64,000 bases of DNA from Laetmonice hystrix (taxonomy: Eukaryota). The notes under the pieces are model-generated. The model was not told where the DNA came from. It saw nothing but the letters and a program-made list of their open reading frames with translations, and did no database searches. The translations under genes and the position numbers were made by a program. The stretch covers positions 18,726,001-18,790,000 of the forward strand of contig OZ249436.1 of assembly GCA_965235115.1 (NCBI GenBank), read 5' to 3'. Shown here in pieces: positions 1 to 15,500 of this stretch; the stretch's first letter is position 1; each line of letters begins with the position of its first letter.

Positions 1-351
1 TTATACTTTACTTCCTTACATGGGTATTAAAATATATTTATCAGTCAATCCGAAATGACAGAATAGCAATCAACAACTCAAAATGTTTTTGAAGATAGTT
101 GGTCATGTCGATGCTCTAACTTTGAAGACTCTTTCATCTTCTAATGCCGTTTGAATAGATGAAGGTGAAAAAAGACATCTAGTGCTATGATTTTATTTGC
201 GCTGTGTATACGTTATTTTTGCGCTGTGTATACCTACGTTATAAAATGTTTAAATTATATCTAACTACTAGTTCAGTTAAATTAGGCTTAGCTATTTTTA
301 TTCTGTAGTTAAAAATTGCTATTCTATTTACCATGACTACTTACTTACAAG

Positions 352-573
352 ATGCAATCATTGCTTCCAGATGTTGACATCATTCAAGCAAACCTCGAAA
401 CTATTGTAAACGTCAAGAACGAGATAGTGAACCTCGTAAATGCCCTGAGGACCAAGTTGCAGGACCTGGGCAGTGCTGTCTCCACCACCCTGTCGGGCTG
501 TACGAGTGCAGAGTGTGACCAAGTACGGAACAGGGTGGCAGCTCTCGACGCCAGCCTCGACTTCAGCCAATCA
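352..573 (+). CDS. PROM1: Prominin exon (extracellular loop 1: MQSLLPDV...CTSAECDQV...LDFSQS)
   Basis: caag acceptor and GTGAGT donor; helical loop containing a Cys pair. Confidence 0.85.
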
Positions 574-3500
574 GTGAGTACTTTTTGTCTATGATTAACT
601 ATGCCTTGCACGGTTTCCTTAGAAGCATCTCCAGGGAATTCAGTCATATTCTGTAAGTTCACGCGAGTCCAACTTGATTTCAACAGGGCGGAAAGCAGAC
701 CATAATTTGTAAACTAGTGGCAAGGTGTTGCTGGGCGACACCCACCGGATCCCATTTCCCCATCTATATACTAATACCGTAACGGGGCTGCGTTGTCATC
801 GCTCTACCGCTTTGCTCTTTCGAAGCATCAACGTGAAAGTACGCCAGGCATATCCACAGTATTCCCCTGTTTGTTTTGATGTGTATTCAAGTTTGTTTCC
901 TTGGCGCTGTGAGGCATTTTTGGCACATGTTTCACTAGAACCGCCCGAACTGTCCGCCATTGTTGTTGTTGATCGGCTACGACAACTGACCTTGGCTGGA
1001 GACCCGCGCCCTTTGGTGGCAGTCTGGCCGCACCATCTCTGGTGCGGCGTAGAGGGCAGCAGCAGAGGGCAGGTCTCCAGCCAACAACTGACCTCGTTTA
1101 CGGTAATCGCGACAATCGAGCCACTTCTCAACATAATTCATGTCAAGCCTGTGCCACAGACTCGACCCCCGCACCCGGCCGCCCACTTGCTGAGCCTGTT
1201 GATCTGTGCTGTAGTCCGAGAGACTCTGACCCTCTCTGAGGGGAAACTTGTGTATCATTTCTCTCGAGATCCATTAAGATCGTACGGAAAGGACTGGGAC
1301 AGGGGGTCATTATGATTAAATTTTGCATTGTAAAGGAAATGAACTTTGATAGAATTTTTGATCGGGGGGGGGGGGGGCATTTCTGCACGTACCAGGGTGG
1401 TGCATGTTAACCACTACACTACAGTCCCTTCACTCCCTAAAACATGTCATCATTATTTTGAAGTGTTGAAAACTTCATAAATTTTTCAGTTAGGTTGCCT
1501 GATGTAATCCTTGACATAGCTTGTTAAACATGTCAATTAGGCGAATGTGTTCACTAAGTTTCTTTCAGATATTCTGAAAAATAACAAAGATGCATGTTAC
1601 CTGTAATGGGAAATGGCAGTTTCAACAACTTTGAGGTCACCTGACTGAAACGTTGGATCGCTTTAAAACTCCGTAACTTTATGAGGCCTTCTATAGAGAT
1701 TGCAAAATTTGGTGAGAATTCAAAAAAAAAATTTGGGGAGGAGTAGCGAAGTTCTCATTTTTTGACCTTTGGCAAAGGCCAAAGGGCAGAGATGAAATGA
1801 AGGGGGAAATTTAAAGACCTCTAAGGGCCAAGTAAGATGGAATGAATGATTTTTGTCTAACTTCTCCTGGTACTGTACTAAGTGGTACCAAACATGACAT
1901 AATGTCATAAAATGACGTCATAATGTATTATGACGTATGCGGTATTCCATTATATGTCGAGAACTTCATGCCATGATTTCTCTTCCGTCCAAGTTTCATT
2001 CCGATATCCTGAAAACTAAGCGAGAAATGACCATTGTCTAATAACGACAACTATAAAAGTGTACACATACCCTTACAATTTCAAGATCCCATTCCCCCTG
2101 AAGGGGGAACGGGGATAATAAGGTGTATGTACATGTTATTGTTACCAACAAACGTTTGTCCATGGCCAGTGGTGTATATGTAGGTCTGGTCCACGCCCTT
2201 GGTGCAGAGAGACACTGGTGAGAAACATTATATATTAATTTATTCTCATACAACCTGTGGAACCTAGATATAACTTTACAAAGTGAAACTTGATAAACGT
2301 TCCAGGCCCAAGATGTGACTGATGAGTTGAACAGAGTTCAGAATCTAGTCTCAGCTGACCTACCAGCTCGTATTGATGAGGTAAGTGGGTCTCCTACCTA
2401 ACAGACTTTCTACCATTGAATATTCGGGAATGGCTACAAATAATCGAATTTCAGAAGCTGACCAAGTTACCTTTATAGCAATCTGATAAGAAAATATCTT
2501 GTGGCTCAGATTTCATTGTGGGACTTTGAGTTATGCAACAAACTCATGATTGAGTCTGAAGCCAAAAAAATAATGGCAGCCTCCCTTTAAAAATCTCTCA
2601 ACAGGTACAAATTTTGTATGTTCGAAGCCTACATTTCCAAATATAAGACATGTTTATGATCTGTCTTGTAGCACATAGGAAAGTATGAAGAGATCAAGAC
2701 TAAAGTCAACTCAACAATTAGTGGGGAGATTTCAAGTAAGTAAATGTTACATTATTACAGGAAGGAAATTTGACCTGCCGTAGTATTCAGGTTGTACATG
2801 TATTTTCATAACTTGTGTTAAAATTCGTATCAAAACAGTGCATCTTTAAATTTCCAAAGAAAGCTAGCAGACGGGCAGAGTGTAGTGCATGTATAAAGAA
2901 TTTTTTTGCAAACTTACTGTTTTCTTCAATAAAAAGATATAAGATGTGTACGCTCCATCACTTCAAGTCCGTTCAAGCCTTTCAAAATGTATTGTAGATC
3001 ATATGAAAAATAGACGTGAAAAGTGACATATACTTGTCTGACATTTTATTTTTTTTGTAGCCTTGGCCCAGCAGGTGGGCCAGGCTATGGTCATACTCCT
3101 TGCGTTCTGCAACTACAATGTACTTTCTCGCAAATTTTTTGGAATCTGCTTTCATAAATTATGTCGTAATTTCATTAATGTAGGAATGCGGTGATCTAGA
3201 ATGCGCTTTTTTTCAATCATCATTGATCCGTTTTAGTAAAAATGCGTTCAATTTAGTAAAATTAACAAAAGTGAATCAAAAGTTATGCCGTCGTATTCCA
3301 TCAGAGGGCAGCTTGCACAGCGAATAGGCCTGCGTTTTTGATCTACAATGGTACTGCCATCTGGTGGGAAGCAGAGTAAAGTCGCGTAGTAATCTAGGCC
3401 TACTCCATTCTCTGAAATAAGAGTTAGGCCTACTGTAGCCTACATGTAGTATACTGTATATGCTCCAAAAATCGCGTTTAGGTGTTTTAAAGTCTTATTG

Positions 3501-6500
3501 AAGGAAGCATTGGGGTGAGCGGACAATCGTGTGCATACAGACTCCAGTGACGTAGCCAGGAGTTAATGAAGGGGGGGGGGGCGTAAATTCTTTAAGGAAA
3601 ATCTGACAAGCCAAAAAAAAAAGGTCTTCAACAATGCTGGCAAGCAAAAAAAAAGCCAAACGGGGGGGGGGCGTACGCCGGGTACGCCTATATGACCATC
3701 GAGTTCAAATACACCAGCGACTGCTATATTAGAACTCGCTTCGGTCTGGCTTATCTATCGTAAATTAGGCCTACTTCTTCAAAATGCCAAGGCTCAGTGG
3801 CCAGTTGCCTATTTTTGTATGGTGTCATGTTCAACAAACTTCGATGGGCAGAATTGAAAAGTGCTTCCTGAAATGTGTGATAATTGAGGTGCCTTGTCTT
3901 GATTGCAGAGGTTCAGTCAGAAGCATCCACAATTTTGGACCAAGTGAAGCACGAAGTGCAAACAGTGAAGGAACAATTGAAACCTGTAAGTAGAAACATC
4001 GTAAAAGTGATAGTTTTGGTATAGATTTTAGTTGGAAATAAGCAGTTGTTAGAGATGGTATCGGTATACACTCAGACCTCGTTAATCCGGACACGTTGGT
4101 CCCTATTACTTTGTCCGGATTGTAAACGGATAACCAAGTCGGCAATGTAGGCTATATAGTGCCCCTAGCGTCTTTTTCTGAAGGTTTAACACCACCTGGT
4201 GACTGTTTTGAACACCTTAACTTTCCCACCTTTCCTCCCGACCACGTGCTATACTTGACGGCACGTTAGAGATCTTCGCCCCATAGGACCCCCCCCCCCC
4301 CCCACACACACACTAGAAAATGATAAGAAAACAACTAGGCCCTAGTCCAACTTCCAAGAAAAATTGGTTTCCGTGATACATCAGAAACATAGCAAACTTA
4401 AGCAGGCCTGGCGCCATATAAGAGTGTTGGCTTGTCATCTCTACTCCTTTGAGGATGGCTTCATGGCCGTTACGTAACCATGAGCCAGGGTTCACACCTG
4501 AGCACCGGTTCCCGGTGAAAGAGATGGTATTTGGAAATAAGCAGTGATAGTGTTGGTATAGACGTTATTTGGGAATGAGCAGTGATAGTCTCGGTAGGGA
4601 TTGTATTTAAAAATGTCCAGTGATAGTGCTGGGAAAAACACACCGATAGTGTTGGGAGAGATGGTATTTGTAAATGATAAATAATAGTGTTTTGAAATTA
4701 GCCATCTAAATGCAATCTAGTATCCTAGATTGGTCCACCTGGTCACAGATCAGTAGGTCACGCACTGTATAGTCTGCTCGAATACAGAGCGGTAATGAGA
4801 AAGCTCTTAAACAAGCCATCGAGAGAGAATATTTCCAGGTTTATGGTTCATGGTTCATTGCAGGGGATACCAATATGTGGGGAGTTTGATGTTGATTAAA
4901 TTTACTTTTTTCAAGTTGCAAACTGCACTCAACGATACCAAGAAGCCTGTTCGGGATATTCAACCGTACCTGGAAAGATATGGGAATTACAGGTAGGCCT
5001 AGAACTCTCACTTTGTATTTGTACATGGATTGCATAATGCTTTAAACCTGATACCTATAAGTATTGTCTGACACAAATCTGGGTCTTCATGTAAGCTTGT
5101 ATCATGCGTTTGCAATGCAATATAATTAAAGTTCAGACTGAGAAAGAGTTATGCAAACTTGTCCATGTTGGTTAAGGTAAATTCAGATGCCTGTGAATGA
5201 TGAACTCTGTATCCTGGTCTGTTACAGGTGGTATGGCTGCATTGCACTGTGCTGCGTGTTTCTGCTCATTGTGTTGTGTTTCTTCATGGGCCTGGCGTTT
5301 GGGGCGTGGGGTGAACGTCCGTACGACGATGCCAGAATCTGTAACAAGGGTGTCGGGGCCAATCTCCTCCTCGCGTAAGTTGAAGGCACTGGACACTGAA
5401 AGAAGGTTTAACCAGAACTAATAAGGCGTTTCTTTGATCTATGGGGACTCTTTGGCTGTATGATTGAGAACAAGTCGATTGACTGAATGGTGGCAGGGAA
5501 TGAACAGTTGTTTGGAGGCAACAGTTCTTCAGGGTTCACACAACAACCGCACGGCGGATATAGCTGTTTCAACTGAGAGGGATAGGGACACAATGGTAGA
5601 AACAGGTTCAGTTACTTGTGCATTCCTGACAATATATTATAAATCATATGGATTTGCTTGGCATCTTAAGTACGTACTGCTAACCGAAAAATATGTGGAT
5701 AAGGCATAATTTTCTACCCTCGCCTAGGATATATCTGCAACGTTCTATCCTCAAAAGGCCCCCCCCCCCCCCGAAGACCCGGTAGCTGACCATTTTAGGG
5801 TTAAGAGAAGTAGGTGTTTTATGGTGAAACGATGAGACAATAAGAATAATATCGACGTTGTGTGTTTGCAGGGGAGTTGGCTTCTGCTTCCTGTTCAGCT
5901 GGCTGCTGATGCTGGTGTGTATGATTCTCTTCTTGCCCGGTGGTGTGGCTCACACCGAGGTCTGTAGGCACATCACACCCATCCCAACCAAAAGCAAATA
6001 CCTTGATGTAAGTATCAACTGGTCAACCTTTTAGACTACTAATAGAAAGGTTGTGAGACTCATACTTGTGTATACCACTAGCAGGGCCGTAAATTGCATC
6101 GAGGCAGCTGAATTTAGATAGAATTGCTTAAATCTAAGGAAAGCAATGAGTTATCCTGGGGTCACACTGCCCATTTTTCCGAGTCGGTCGACTTTTCATC
6201 ACCAATCTCCCAAATTTCGTTCAGTATAGGCTTTTGATTTTTATCTCCAGATCCCAGGAAATAGCGTTTGTAGCCGTCCAAATTAAAACAAATTTCTGAG
6301 AGTAGCCCCCCCCCCAACCCCCGCCGCATGAACGGTTAGCGCCTTTGGTGCTCGCCCCGGCCAAATTCCCTTCAAATTTACGGCCCTGAATAGGTTAGTT
6401 ATGTTTTTCTTTTAGATAATGCAGATAGTAGATACAGTATTTTTATTTCAAAGTTTACAAGGATGGAAAAATTTTAGATGATTTTATGTTTTATTCTAAC

Positions 6501-9500
6501 GGAAGGTTATCACTGGTTTATCAGTTTATTGGCGTAACGAGCTACCATCATTGACATCAGTTTCTGCCGTTGGTTGTACGTGTTTCAGCCTCAGGAGTAT
6601 TTCACACTTGACACTGAGTATTCCAGGCGGGTGAGTTGTGGCAAGTCGAAGGAACCGTGTTAGAGAATGAACCGTATAGCTTTTACCACCGTCCTACCAC
6701 CGTAAATTCGTCATAAACTCACTCCTTTCAGCCGCCACCATAGGCTTTGAACCCTGAACACTGCATGATTCACAGTCATTACAGGGGTGCTTCAGACCGC
6801 TGGGCTGCAGTGATGTCACTGTAATCTATAAACTGTCAGATGCAACTTAGAATTGAGTGATGATTGATAATATTTGGCTAGACAAAATTGTAGTAAAATC
6901 GGTGCATAGAACGTTGCATAGAATGAGTGGCATGGTGATAAGAAGACGTGAGAATAGGGGTGCGGTGCTCAGCAGACCGCTCAGCTAGCTGGGTTTATCC
7001 AGGTTAAGTCTCACATGTTTGATTTAAATACACTTATAACGTTTAGTATCTCAAGATGGCAGCTTGATGTGGTGATGGTATTTAGGTTTTAATAAATAGA
7101 AAACTTACCCGTCACTCTAGTACAGATAATTACCTGACGTCGTGGTTAAGAAAAACAATAGAAAAACAAGACCCAGCCGGAGTCACATCCCCCAACTGGG
7201 TAGGGACTAATTATCTGTGGGTCTAGGAACTATACCTACTTTTTTTGAGATACAGTCCATGTGAGAAAGTCGCTCATTTTATGGAAATGACTTCCTAACC
7301 TTAGTTTATAGAAAGTATATATAATAACCTTGTTCACTTATATTTAATCTGAACAAAAAGTAAATTGGTACGCTTGTGGCCCTTCATATGCCTTCGCTTA
7401 TCACCAGGTTTGAAAGAAATCCAGACAATTTTATCTGAGTTATTGCTGTAAATGTGTTGACTTTTTATTGGTGGACATTTTAAAGTTACAGAAGGTTACG
7501 GAAAATGGCGCCAAACGAAAGTTCATAATGACTTCCGATCTGTCAATAATAATAACCATAGCGTTATCTTGCAGCATTTTCGAGATATGGGTGAACAGTG
7601 TTATTTTTAGGGGGGGGGGGTAAAAAACAAATATGGCAGCCATGTCGCCATACTTGCTCTCAACTGAGAATACAATTATAGCGTATACATTGCCCCTCAT
7701 GCTCCTTCTTTGCACCAAATTTGAAAGAAATCTGGATTCTTATAATTCTTATTCTCAGATTCATGGGTCTGATGATGTAAAATATTATAGCCTTTTCGCA
7801 TTAGAACATGCGCCTAGTCGAGGGTTCGATCGTTGTTAGACGTAGGGCTGCTGAGGAGAGAATGCATGGTAGAGAGACAAAGGCCGATGGTAGTGAATTA
7901 CACGTCCTGGAATGACCCAACTATAAGAGTCCTGCATGAACATTTGCCTGGACAAGCGTACCAGCATGGTTCGCTATTTCCTATGGTACCTGTTGATTGT
8001 AACAGTGTTCTCGCTGTAATATATTGCATTCTTGGGGATGCTGACCATCCAGCTTAAAACACCAAGCACCCAAGCTTTCCCCACATAGGATTTCCTATTT
8101 GAGCACTGAATGATGAAAAGAAACCGTTTTGCATACTATCGGTAAGGATTTCTTCAGATTAACTCGTCCATCGGACTGCTTGCCACATATTCATCTCGGG
8201 GGCAGTGCCGTAAATGTTTGGATGTCAACGTCTGTCGGCAAACAATCAGGCACTTCTGAGTCGTCTGGAATTTATACACATGCATGTATGGAAGTGGCTC
8301 TACAAGACTACAAATGACGTTTTACAACACTCGATTGAGATTGATACAGATTGATAGAAGAGGAATGAAATGAGGATAGGATACAGCAATTAAGTGTACA
8401 AATTCAACCTCCATTAGAACTCGACTAGATGCAGTTTCTTGTTGATCTACTCGGTGTAGAGGACTTAAATTGAAGGTGCATAGTTTTTATGAAAAGATGC
8501 TGCTTTAAAGTTATTGGTTTCCTCATTAGAATTGGTAGTAGGCCTATTACCTCGTTTGTTCTGGCTTTGGTATTGTGTAGAATATAATCCATCATCAGTA
8601 ACAGCATGAGTTATGTGAATAGCCAGATAGGAGTTGAGAGATGCCCGCCACAGATTATAGATCTACGATCCTGGCGTTGCAAGTCGTGAGCTCTCTCAGA
8701 CTAATACGCTCAGGGGGTGTTTCAATAAGCGCGTCAGACCGTCCTACCGACGACGGACCAAATATTGCAGGCCCTACAACCAAGCGACGTATATAACTGT
8801 CCGTCGCTAGTCGGACGGTCCGACGCGCTTATTGAAACCCCCCCCCCCCCCCCAGGTTCCTGCTAGCTATCGCATTGGGCACGCACACCAAGCGACGAGA
8901 ACCCTGATATCATTATGTGTTCGATCTTGAAAGGTAGGTTCAGGAGCCTTTGACATTTTTAAGCCACCAGCAAAAGTGGCCGGTGGGGACCCCCCCCCCC
9001 CCCCGGCGCCCCTGTGTACTCTAGCTGTACTTTGGCCTTTAGGTCCCGATGGCGATCGGGTCGTATGTAGGTATAGTCTGCGGCGGGCATTAGACCCTGG
9101 CTGATGCTAGGGGTCCTTCACCACGATTGTTATTATTAAGAGAATGCATTAGAAAGACGTGGTGGTGGAGTTAGTAAGGTTGTTGTTAAGAAATGACGTG
9201 CATGTGAGCTACACAAGGTGGCAGCACTGTTTGCCACCTCCACTCCTCGCGTGAAGCTGACCGCCAGTCGTTGTGTGATGGGATCTGATTTCTGTGGGCA
9301 GTGAAAGTGTCCCACTTGTCAGTCTGTGCAGCTCTCTGTCATTGACTTCATCGTACATCATAACATGACGAATTCCTCATTCATATGATGATCTGTTTTT
9401 GTTGATGTAGCTGGTCGACATATTGACGAAGAGGCTCATGCGCGGGACTTCTTTGCGGAACAATGTTTCCACGATACTGCGGTAGGGTTTGAGTAATAAT

Positions 9501-12500
9501 ATATTCATGTGCTTTATTAAACCCAATTCTAGAAGCGCAACTTATGAAGACTGATTCATTGTGTTCAACACTTTAATCCGTGATAATAGTTGCTCCCTTG
9601 GCTAAGAGAAGTTTTATCAAGGCACAATTATTAATTAAATGTAAAAAGTAAGCTGGTTTACCTAGAGGTGTAATAGGCCTAGAATACCCTGACTATGAGC
9701 TAAGCCTCCATATAGATCGTACACGTTAAAAGTAGGCCTCCATATTTTAACGGAGATTATGATATGAGCTTTGTATTGTCTTGGTTTCAATAGCAACTGC
9801 CAAGAGAATCAAGGTATCTACTCGGCGCTGGGTCTCCACAAGATCATACCACTGGATAACGTCTTTGATATTGATGTAAGTTTTCTCCTTTTATTGACTA
9901 GTGACAGGGGGTTGACAAAGACCAGTTGGAACACTGGAAACGGATATGCTTGTAAGAATAGCTATGTAATTTCCAAGTACAAATGTATATTAGAATTAGA
10001 ATTTGAATATATCTGTGTTTCAATTAAACTTTCCAGAGTTGTCAGACTTAAACATTTGGACTTTCGCAACTATAGTGTAGTTGAATTAATTGTAGTTAAA
10101 ATCAAATTATCAGTTGATCTGCATGGACTTGATGTATAAGGGCCGGTTCACACCTGGCTTATTCTTATTCTTAAGCGGACGCGTTTGCGGTCGATTGCCT
10201 TCTACTTCGAATCATTAGAGTGTTCAGACTAGTCGTAGGCGTTTCCAATGACTGCGTTCTTAATGCGAAGCATTGGGAAATTTCCAAACTTTCGCTGCCT
10301 CTGCCGCGTACATTCCTCTTTTGCGGTCCATGTCTGACCCTGTTGATAGCGGGGTCACAGTGACCTTATAGGCCTGATGTGAACATATTCTGTCGCAAAA
10401 CGCGTCCGCCAACGCAATCGCTTAAGAATAAGAATTAAGCCAGATGTGAACCTACCCTAAGTAATGCCCATATTTTTTTTTCTTTTAGAAATATAATGTT
10501 CGCAGCAAGTTGGATGAGTTGAAAAACCTCAATGTTGATCTCAATGATGTTGAAATCATTAGTGCTCAAACAAAGAGTCAGCTTCAGGATCTGGGCAATG
10601 CTAAGTTGGACAATATTAACTTTGACGCATTCTACGATGAGGTAAGCACTTGGTGTAATCTTACTTTCTATGAAAAAAAAACACCAAAAAAACCTCACAT
10701 CATCTCTAAGAAGCAACGATTAATCAGAAATAGAATATGACATGACTGTTAAATGCTTTCATTAAAATTAGGTTTTTAAAGGGCTTTTTTTGGATGTGTT
10801 ATATTTTTAGCCCCCAAACCAAAGGGGCAGGGGCTTCTAATTCGCCCTCAGTTCGTCAAAACATCCATCCGTCTGTCCATAGACAACGATTTCTCATAAG
10901 TGTATGTGGCGACATAGCGGCCTTAGTTTTTAGCCCCCATAACAGGGGGCTTATAATTCACCCTCCGTCCGTCGGTCCGTACGTACGTACGCGCGTACGT
11001 ATGTTCGTACACAGCAATTTCTCGGAAGTGTATCAGTCGATTTCTTTGAAACTTCATACAATAATCAGGGATGATCTGAGGATGATGCACGTCAAACAGA
11101 TTTATGATATCTTTCGAAATGGCCGCTTGCCGGCCATCTTGGACGTAAACACATTTTAAGCAATAACTCGGCTAAAACAATCGCGATTTCTTTCAAACCT
11201 GGTGCAGGGAGGACGCATAATCATGGCCAATATGCCTCACAATGTAATTTCAATTCAGATCCAAAATGGCCACATGGCAGCCATATTTGTTTCCTGACCC
11301 CCACAATGACACTGTTTTGACTTATATCTCGAAAACGGTGCAAGATGACGCAAGAGTTACTTTATTGATAGATGTCGTATAGGGATAGGGAGTCGTATAT
11401 GAAGTTTCATTTGGCGCCATTTTCCATGACCTTGAGCGACCTTGAAAGGTCAATCAAGGTCATACATATTTTCAATAGCTGGATCTTCAAAACAGTTGAC
11501 ATATGAGTGCATATGAGGGGCAATGTATATATGCCAATGTATTCCCAGATCAGATCAGATATGGCGACATGGCGGCCATATTAATATTTTTACTCCCCCC
11601 CCCAATAAGACTGTTTTGGCTCATAGCCATCTCGAAAACGGTGCAAGATAAGGCAATACAGTGGTCCCCCTCATAAGCGACCACCCCTGCTGCAGAGAGA
11701 AAGTGGTCGCTAGTGGCGGGTGGTCGCCTAAACGAGGGGTTGTTAAGTACGCATAGTTACCACCAGGTGGCTGCATATGAGATAACTACACACAGTTAAC
11801 ACTAGGTGGCGACTTCCCAGTGAGATTTGATGATGCCATTTCTGTGATGTGTCCAGCAATAGAGATTGAATCTGAATGGTGACTGATCCTAGTCAGACGG
11901 CATATATGTAGGAAATCGTACTCTGCACCTGTGTATACATGAGTCTGGTTTGCCTCAGACATTTTGTTGCTTCAACCAGCCACTTGGTGACATACCGTTT
12001 TTTCAACATGCATGGTAGTAGGAGGGGGAGCAAAACCGTTAGCTTAAAGTGTGATGGAAGGTTGGGCCGTGTGATGGAAGTCGGGCGGGTAAGGTGAGAC
12101 ACGTGGCCGGCCATTGTGGGATGGAAGTGGGTTGGGGGGGGGGGGGAGGTGTTGGTGTTAGGTCAGCAGGGTGCCAGGCAGGCGGGCATGGGGAGACAAG
12201 TGTTATGACTAGCCACACGGCTGGCTGATTCTCAAAGGCTGGTCGCTGATAAGGGGTGACCGGTGGAGTTGATGCAGGGATATGCCGGTCGCTGGTCGTT
12301 AGTGCCGGGTGGTCGCTTATAGGGGTGGAATTATAGTGTGAAGTGGTTAATGCAATGGAAATGCGGTCGCTAGAGGCGGGCGGTCGCTTATAAGGGGTGG
12401 TCTTTAAGAGGGGGACCACTGTAGTTACAATTATTGAAAGATAGGAAGTCATATATGAAGTTTCATTTGGCGCTTTTTTCCATGACCTTGAGCGACCTTG

Positions 12501-15500
12501 AAAGGTCAATCAAGGTCATGCATATTTTAATGGCCTGTACCTCCAAACCAGTTAAAGGTAACATCTAATCTTGCATGAAACATTACATAATAACCAGGGA
12601 CATACGAAGTATTGGTATAGGCCAATGTATTCTCAGATCAGAGCAAATATGGCGACCATATTGGAATTTTTACCACCCAAATAACACTGTTTCGGCACTT
12701 ATCTCAAAAACGGTGCAAGGTATCGCATTAGTTACTAAATATTATTGACAGATAGGAAGTCAGATATGAACTTTTGTTTAGCGCCATTTTCCAAGACCTT
12801 GAGCAACCTCGAAAGGTCAATCAAGGTCATCCATATTTATAATGGCCTGTAGGCCTACCTCCAAACCAGTTGAAGATAACAACATAATCTTGCATGAAAC
12901 ATTACATAATAACCAGGGACAAGGAGGACACAGGTCAAACATATCATTAAAAATGGCCGCTTGGTGGCCATCTTGGATATAAAGAAATTTGAAGCAATAA
13001 CTCGATTTCGTTCTTGGTGACAGGAGAAGGCATATGGGGGCAACAAGTGTGCCAAAAGTACGCATAGTTCCTGGACCCACAGATAATTAGTCCCTACTCA
13101 CTTGGAGGCTGTGACTCCGACAGGGTCTTGTTGTTGAATGAATTACTACATGCTATCAAGATGTCTTCCCTTCTATTCAAAGCATGAAGTAAAGATTGAC
13201 TTTTCAAAGCCAGAAACTACAAGAAACTTCTACGATGTAACAATACCAGTTACAAAACGTGTATAATAAATTAATTAGTTGTACTTTGTTGATAGTTGGA
13301 TAAAGCGACAACAACAGAAGACCTCAGCAGTGTAGAGAACGATTTGAGGTCCTTGGCCAATGATTTGAGGGCTGCAGTGAGTATCCAAAATGGTCCATGT
13401 GGAACAAATAGGGTTCTGTTTGCAGCAATTGAGTATCAGAAATTGAAGGTTGCCTAGTTCAATGCAGAATCATTATTCATACCATGCAAGAGGAAAGACT
13501 TGAAGTATTCGTGATAGAAATCTACAGATGAATTCCGTTGACAATGGGGGCAGGTTGCGTTAGTAGTGCTGCGGAAGGGTTGCTGGTAATTGGTGACCAC
13601 TGTAACACCTGTCTAGAAAATGATAGAATGGAAATAATCACTTTAACCTCCATAGGCTTCAAGGAGATGCATTATCCAATGCTGAAGACGATGTTCTGAT
13701 AGATGTGAGATTATTCCAATTTGTGATTTTTCGACTATGCTTAAGCATTTAGGAATACTGCAGTTAGACTGATGGCGCCGCTTGTCGTTATGACAATCAA
13801 AGCAAAGTCATGTTCAGTATGCGTTGGAATACATGTACAGTATTTGTAATAGAGCGGTGAATCATGTTGCCCACCTGATCATTATTACCTTTCAAGGTGA
13901 ACAATTAATACTGAAGGTATTATAGATATCATGTGTTCAGTGATAACAATGTCATCTTTCAGGGTGAGACTGCCAAAGCAGATGAATTAGAGGGTCACGC
14001 CGATACCCTTAAAAGCATAGGAACAACAGATAAAAGAAATATTGAAATCAAAAAGGTAAGTGATAAACATTTGCTTGCATTAGTAGAAGTGAATGTAGCA
14101 CCCTTATGTTATTTTGCAGTCGTTCCCTATGTTTGCAATAACCTGTGTTGGCTAACTTACGTAAAATATAGTCAGAAGTAAACTGTCCGGGATATAGAGT
14201 ACGAAGAGAACCGTTGGGGGTAAAAAGCGCATGGAGAGAACCATTCAGGCCCATGTACCAAGACCTATTAATCGTAGTGAGTTGCGATCCGTCCGCCTGA
14301 AAAGCACAAAATTCAGTCACGGCCACAATTGTATTACGATATGTACAACGCTAGTACGACGCCAGTACGATGTGCCATGATACGGGCACGATTTGACACA
14401 AAACAATAACGAACAATCACAATATTGGTACGAGCAACTACTACATAAGTACAATATGTCACGACTTGCCAAGACAGTGACAAGATGAATCATGATGTGT
14501 CACGAATTTCTAAGATCTCCCACGATGTTGTTACGACTTAGCTACGATTATCTAAGATAACCTGACGATTCGTCACAACGTTTGTACGATTCCACCACAA
14601 TTTTATGGGAATGTGGAATGTCGTGTTAGCATTGTGGCATTTCGTGACCGTCGGAATTCGTGATGACATCGTGTTAGCATCGTGACCATTCTTGGCCATT
14701 CGGCTGAGAACGTGGAATGTCGTGGCAATGTCTTGTTGACTTCGTGACACATTCGTGATAGAGTCGTGGTGGCATCGTGCCTATTTGACATCACATTATC
14801 TTCGTTCATCGTGGGTCTGTCTCATTCCATTCGTGTTCACATCATGTTATGTCGTGGGCATTTGTCGCACATCATGACTACATCTTCCACAATCTTGGCC
14901 ATTTCCCACAAGACGATTGCCTACAAATTCACGAACAATCACGACACTAACCCCCCCCCCCCCCCCCCCCGATTACAACTACGACACTCCCATGTTTTGC
15001 CACGATCTGACATCGGCGTAGAAAATTGTGAAAGTGGGAAAGGGACTATACACACCGGGTGACGATCGGAAGGGCTATTGTAGCGGAGAAGTGCGGGAAG
15101 CAATTGGAGTATCTTTATTCTCGGAAAAAGCTATAAAGTTGCAGGTGATACCGGCAGATAGAAAGATTGAGGAGGAAGCACGATCGTTGATAGAAGAAAG
15201 TGAAAGCAGGAGCCAGGATTACGAAAGGCCGGAATACAGGGATTAGGCTACCATAGTTCTAGGGTGTGTACTTGGTGAACTTTGTCGTATACTGGTGGTT
15301 ATCTACTTTGGATAATACGTATGCTTTGAGCACGTACTTGGAAGTATTGTGAACTGAGATAATAAATAGTTGAAATCTACCTGGACGTATTCGGATGTTG
15401 GATTCCTGGGCTCAACCGTCAGTCATTAAGGGTAGGATGCTTTCAATATAAGATTCTATTTCCTATTTCCCCAAACCACTTCAAGAGCTAGCTACACATT

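Noticed and set aside
725..1315. 196-aa ORF and antisense ORFs in a GC-richer intronic patch
   Set aside because: No recognisable domain and no fit to the prominin frame; possibly a decayed insertion that I could not classify.
14247..15020. ACGA/TCGT-rich segment with short ORFs
   Set aside because: Probably subterminal repeats of a non-autonomous transposon; termini could not be defined and the ORFs are low-complexity.
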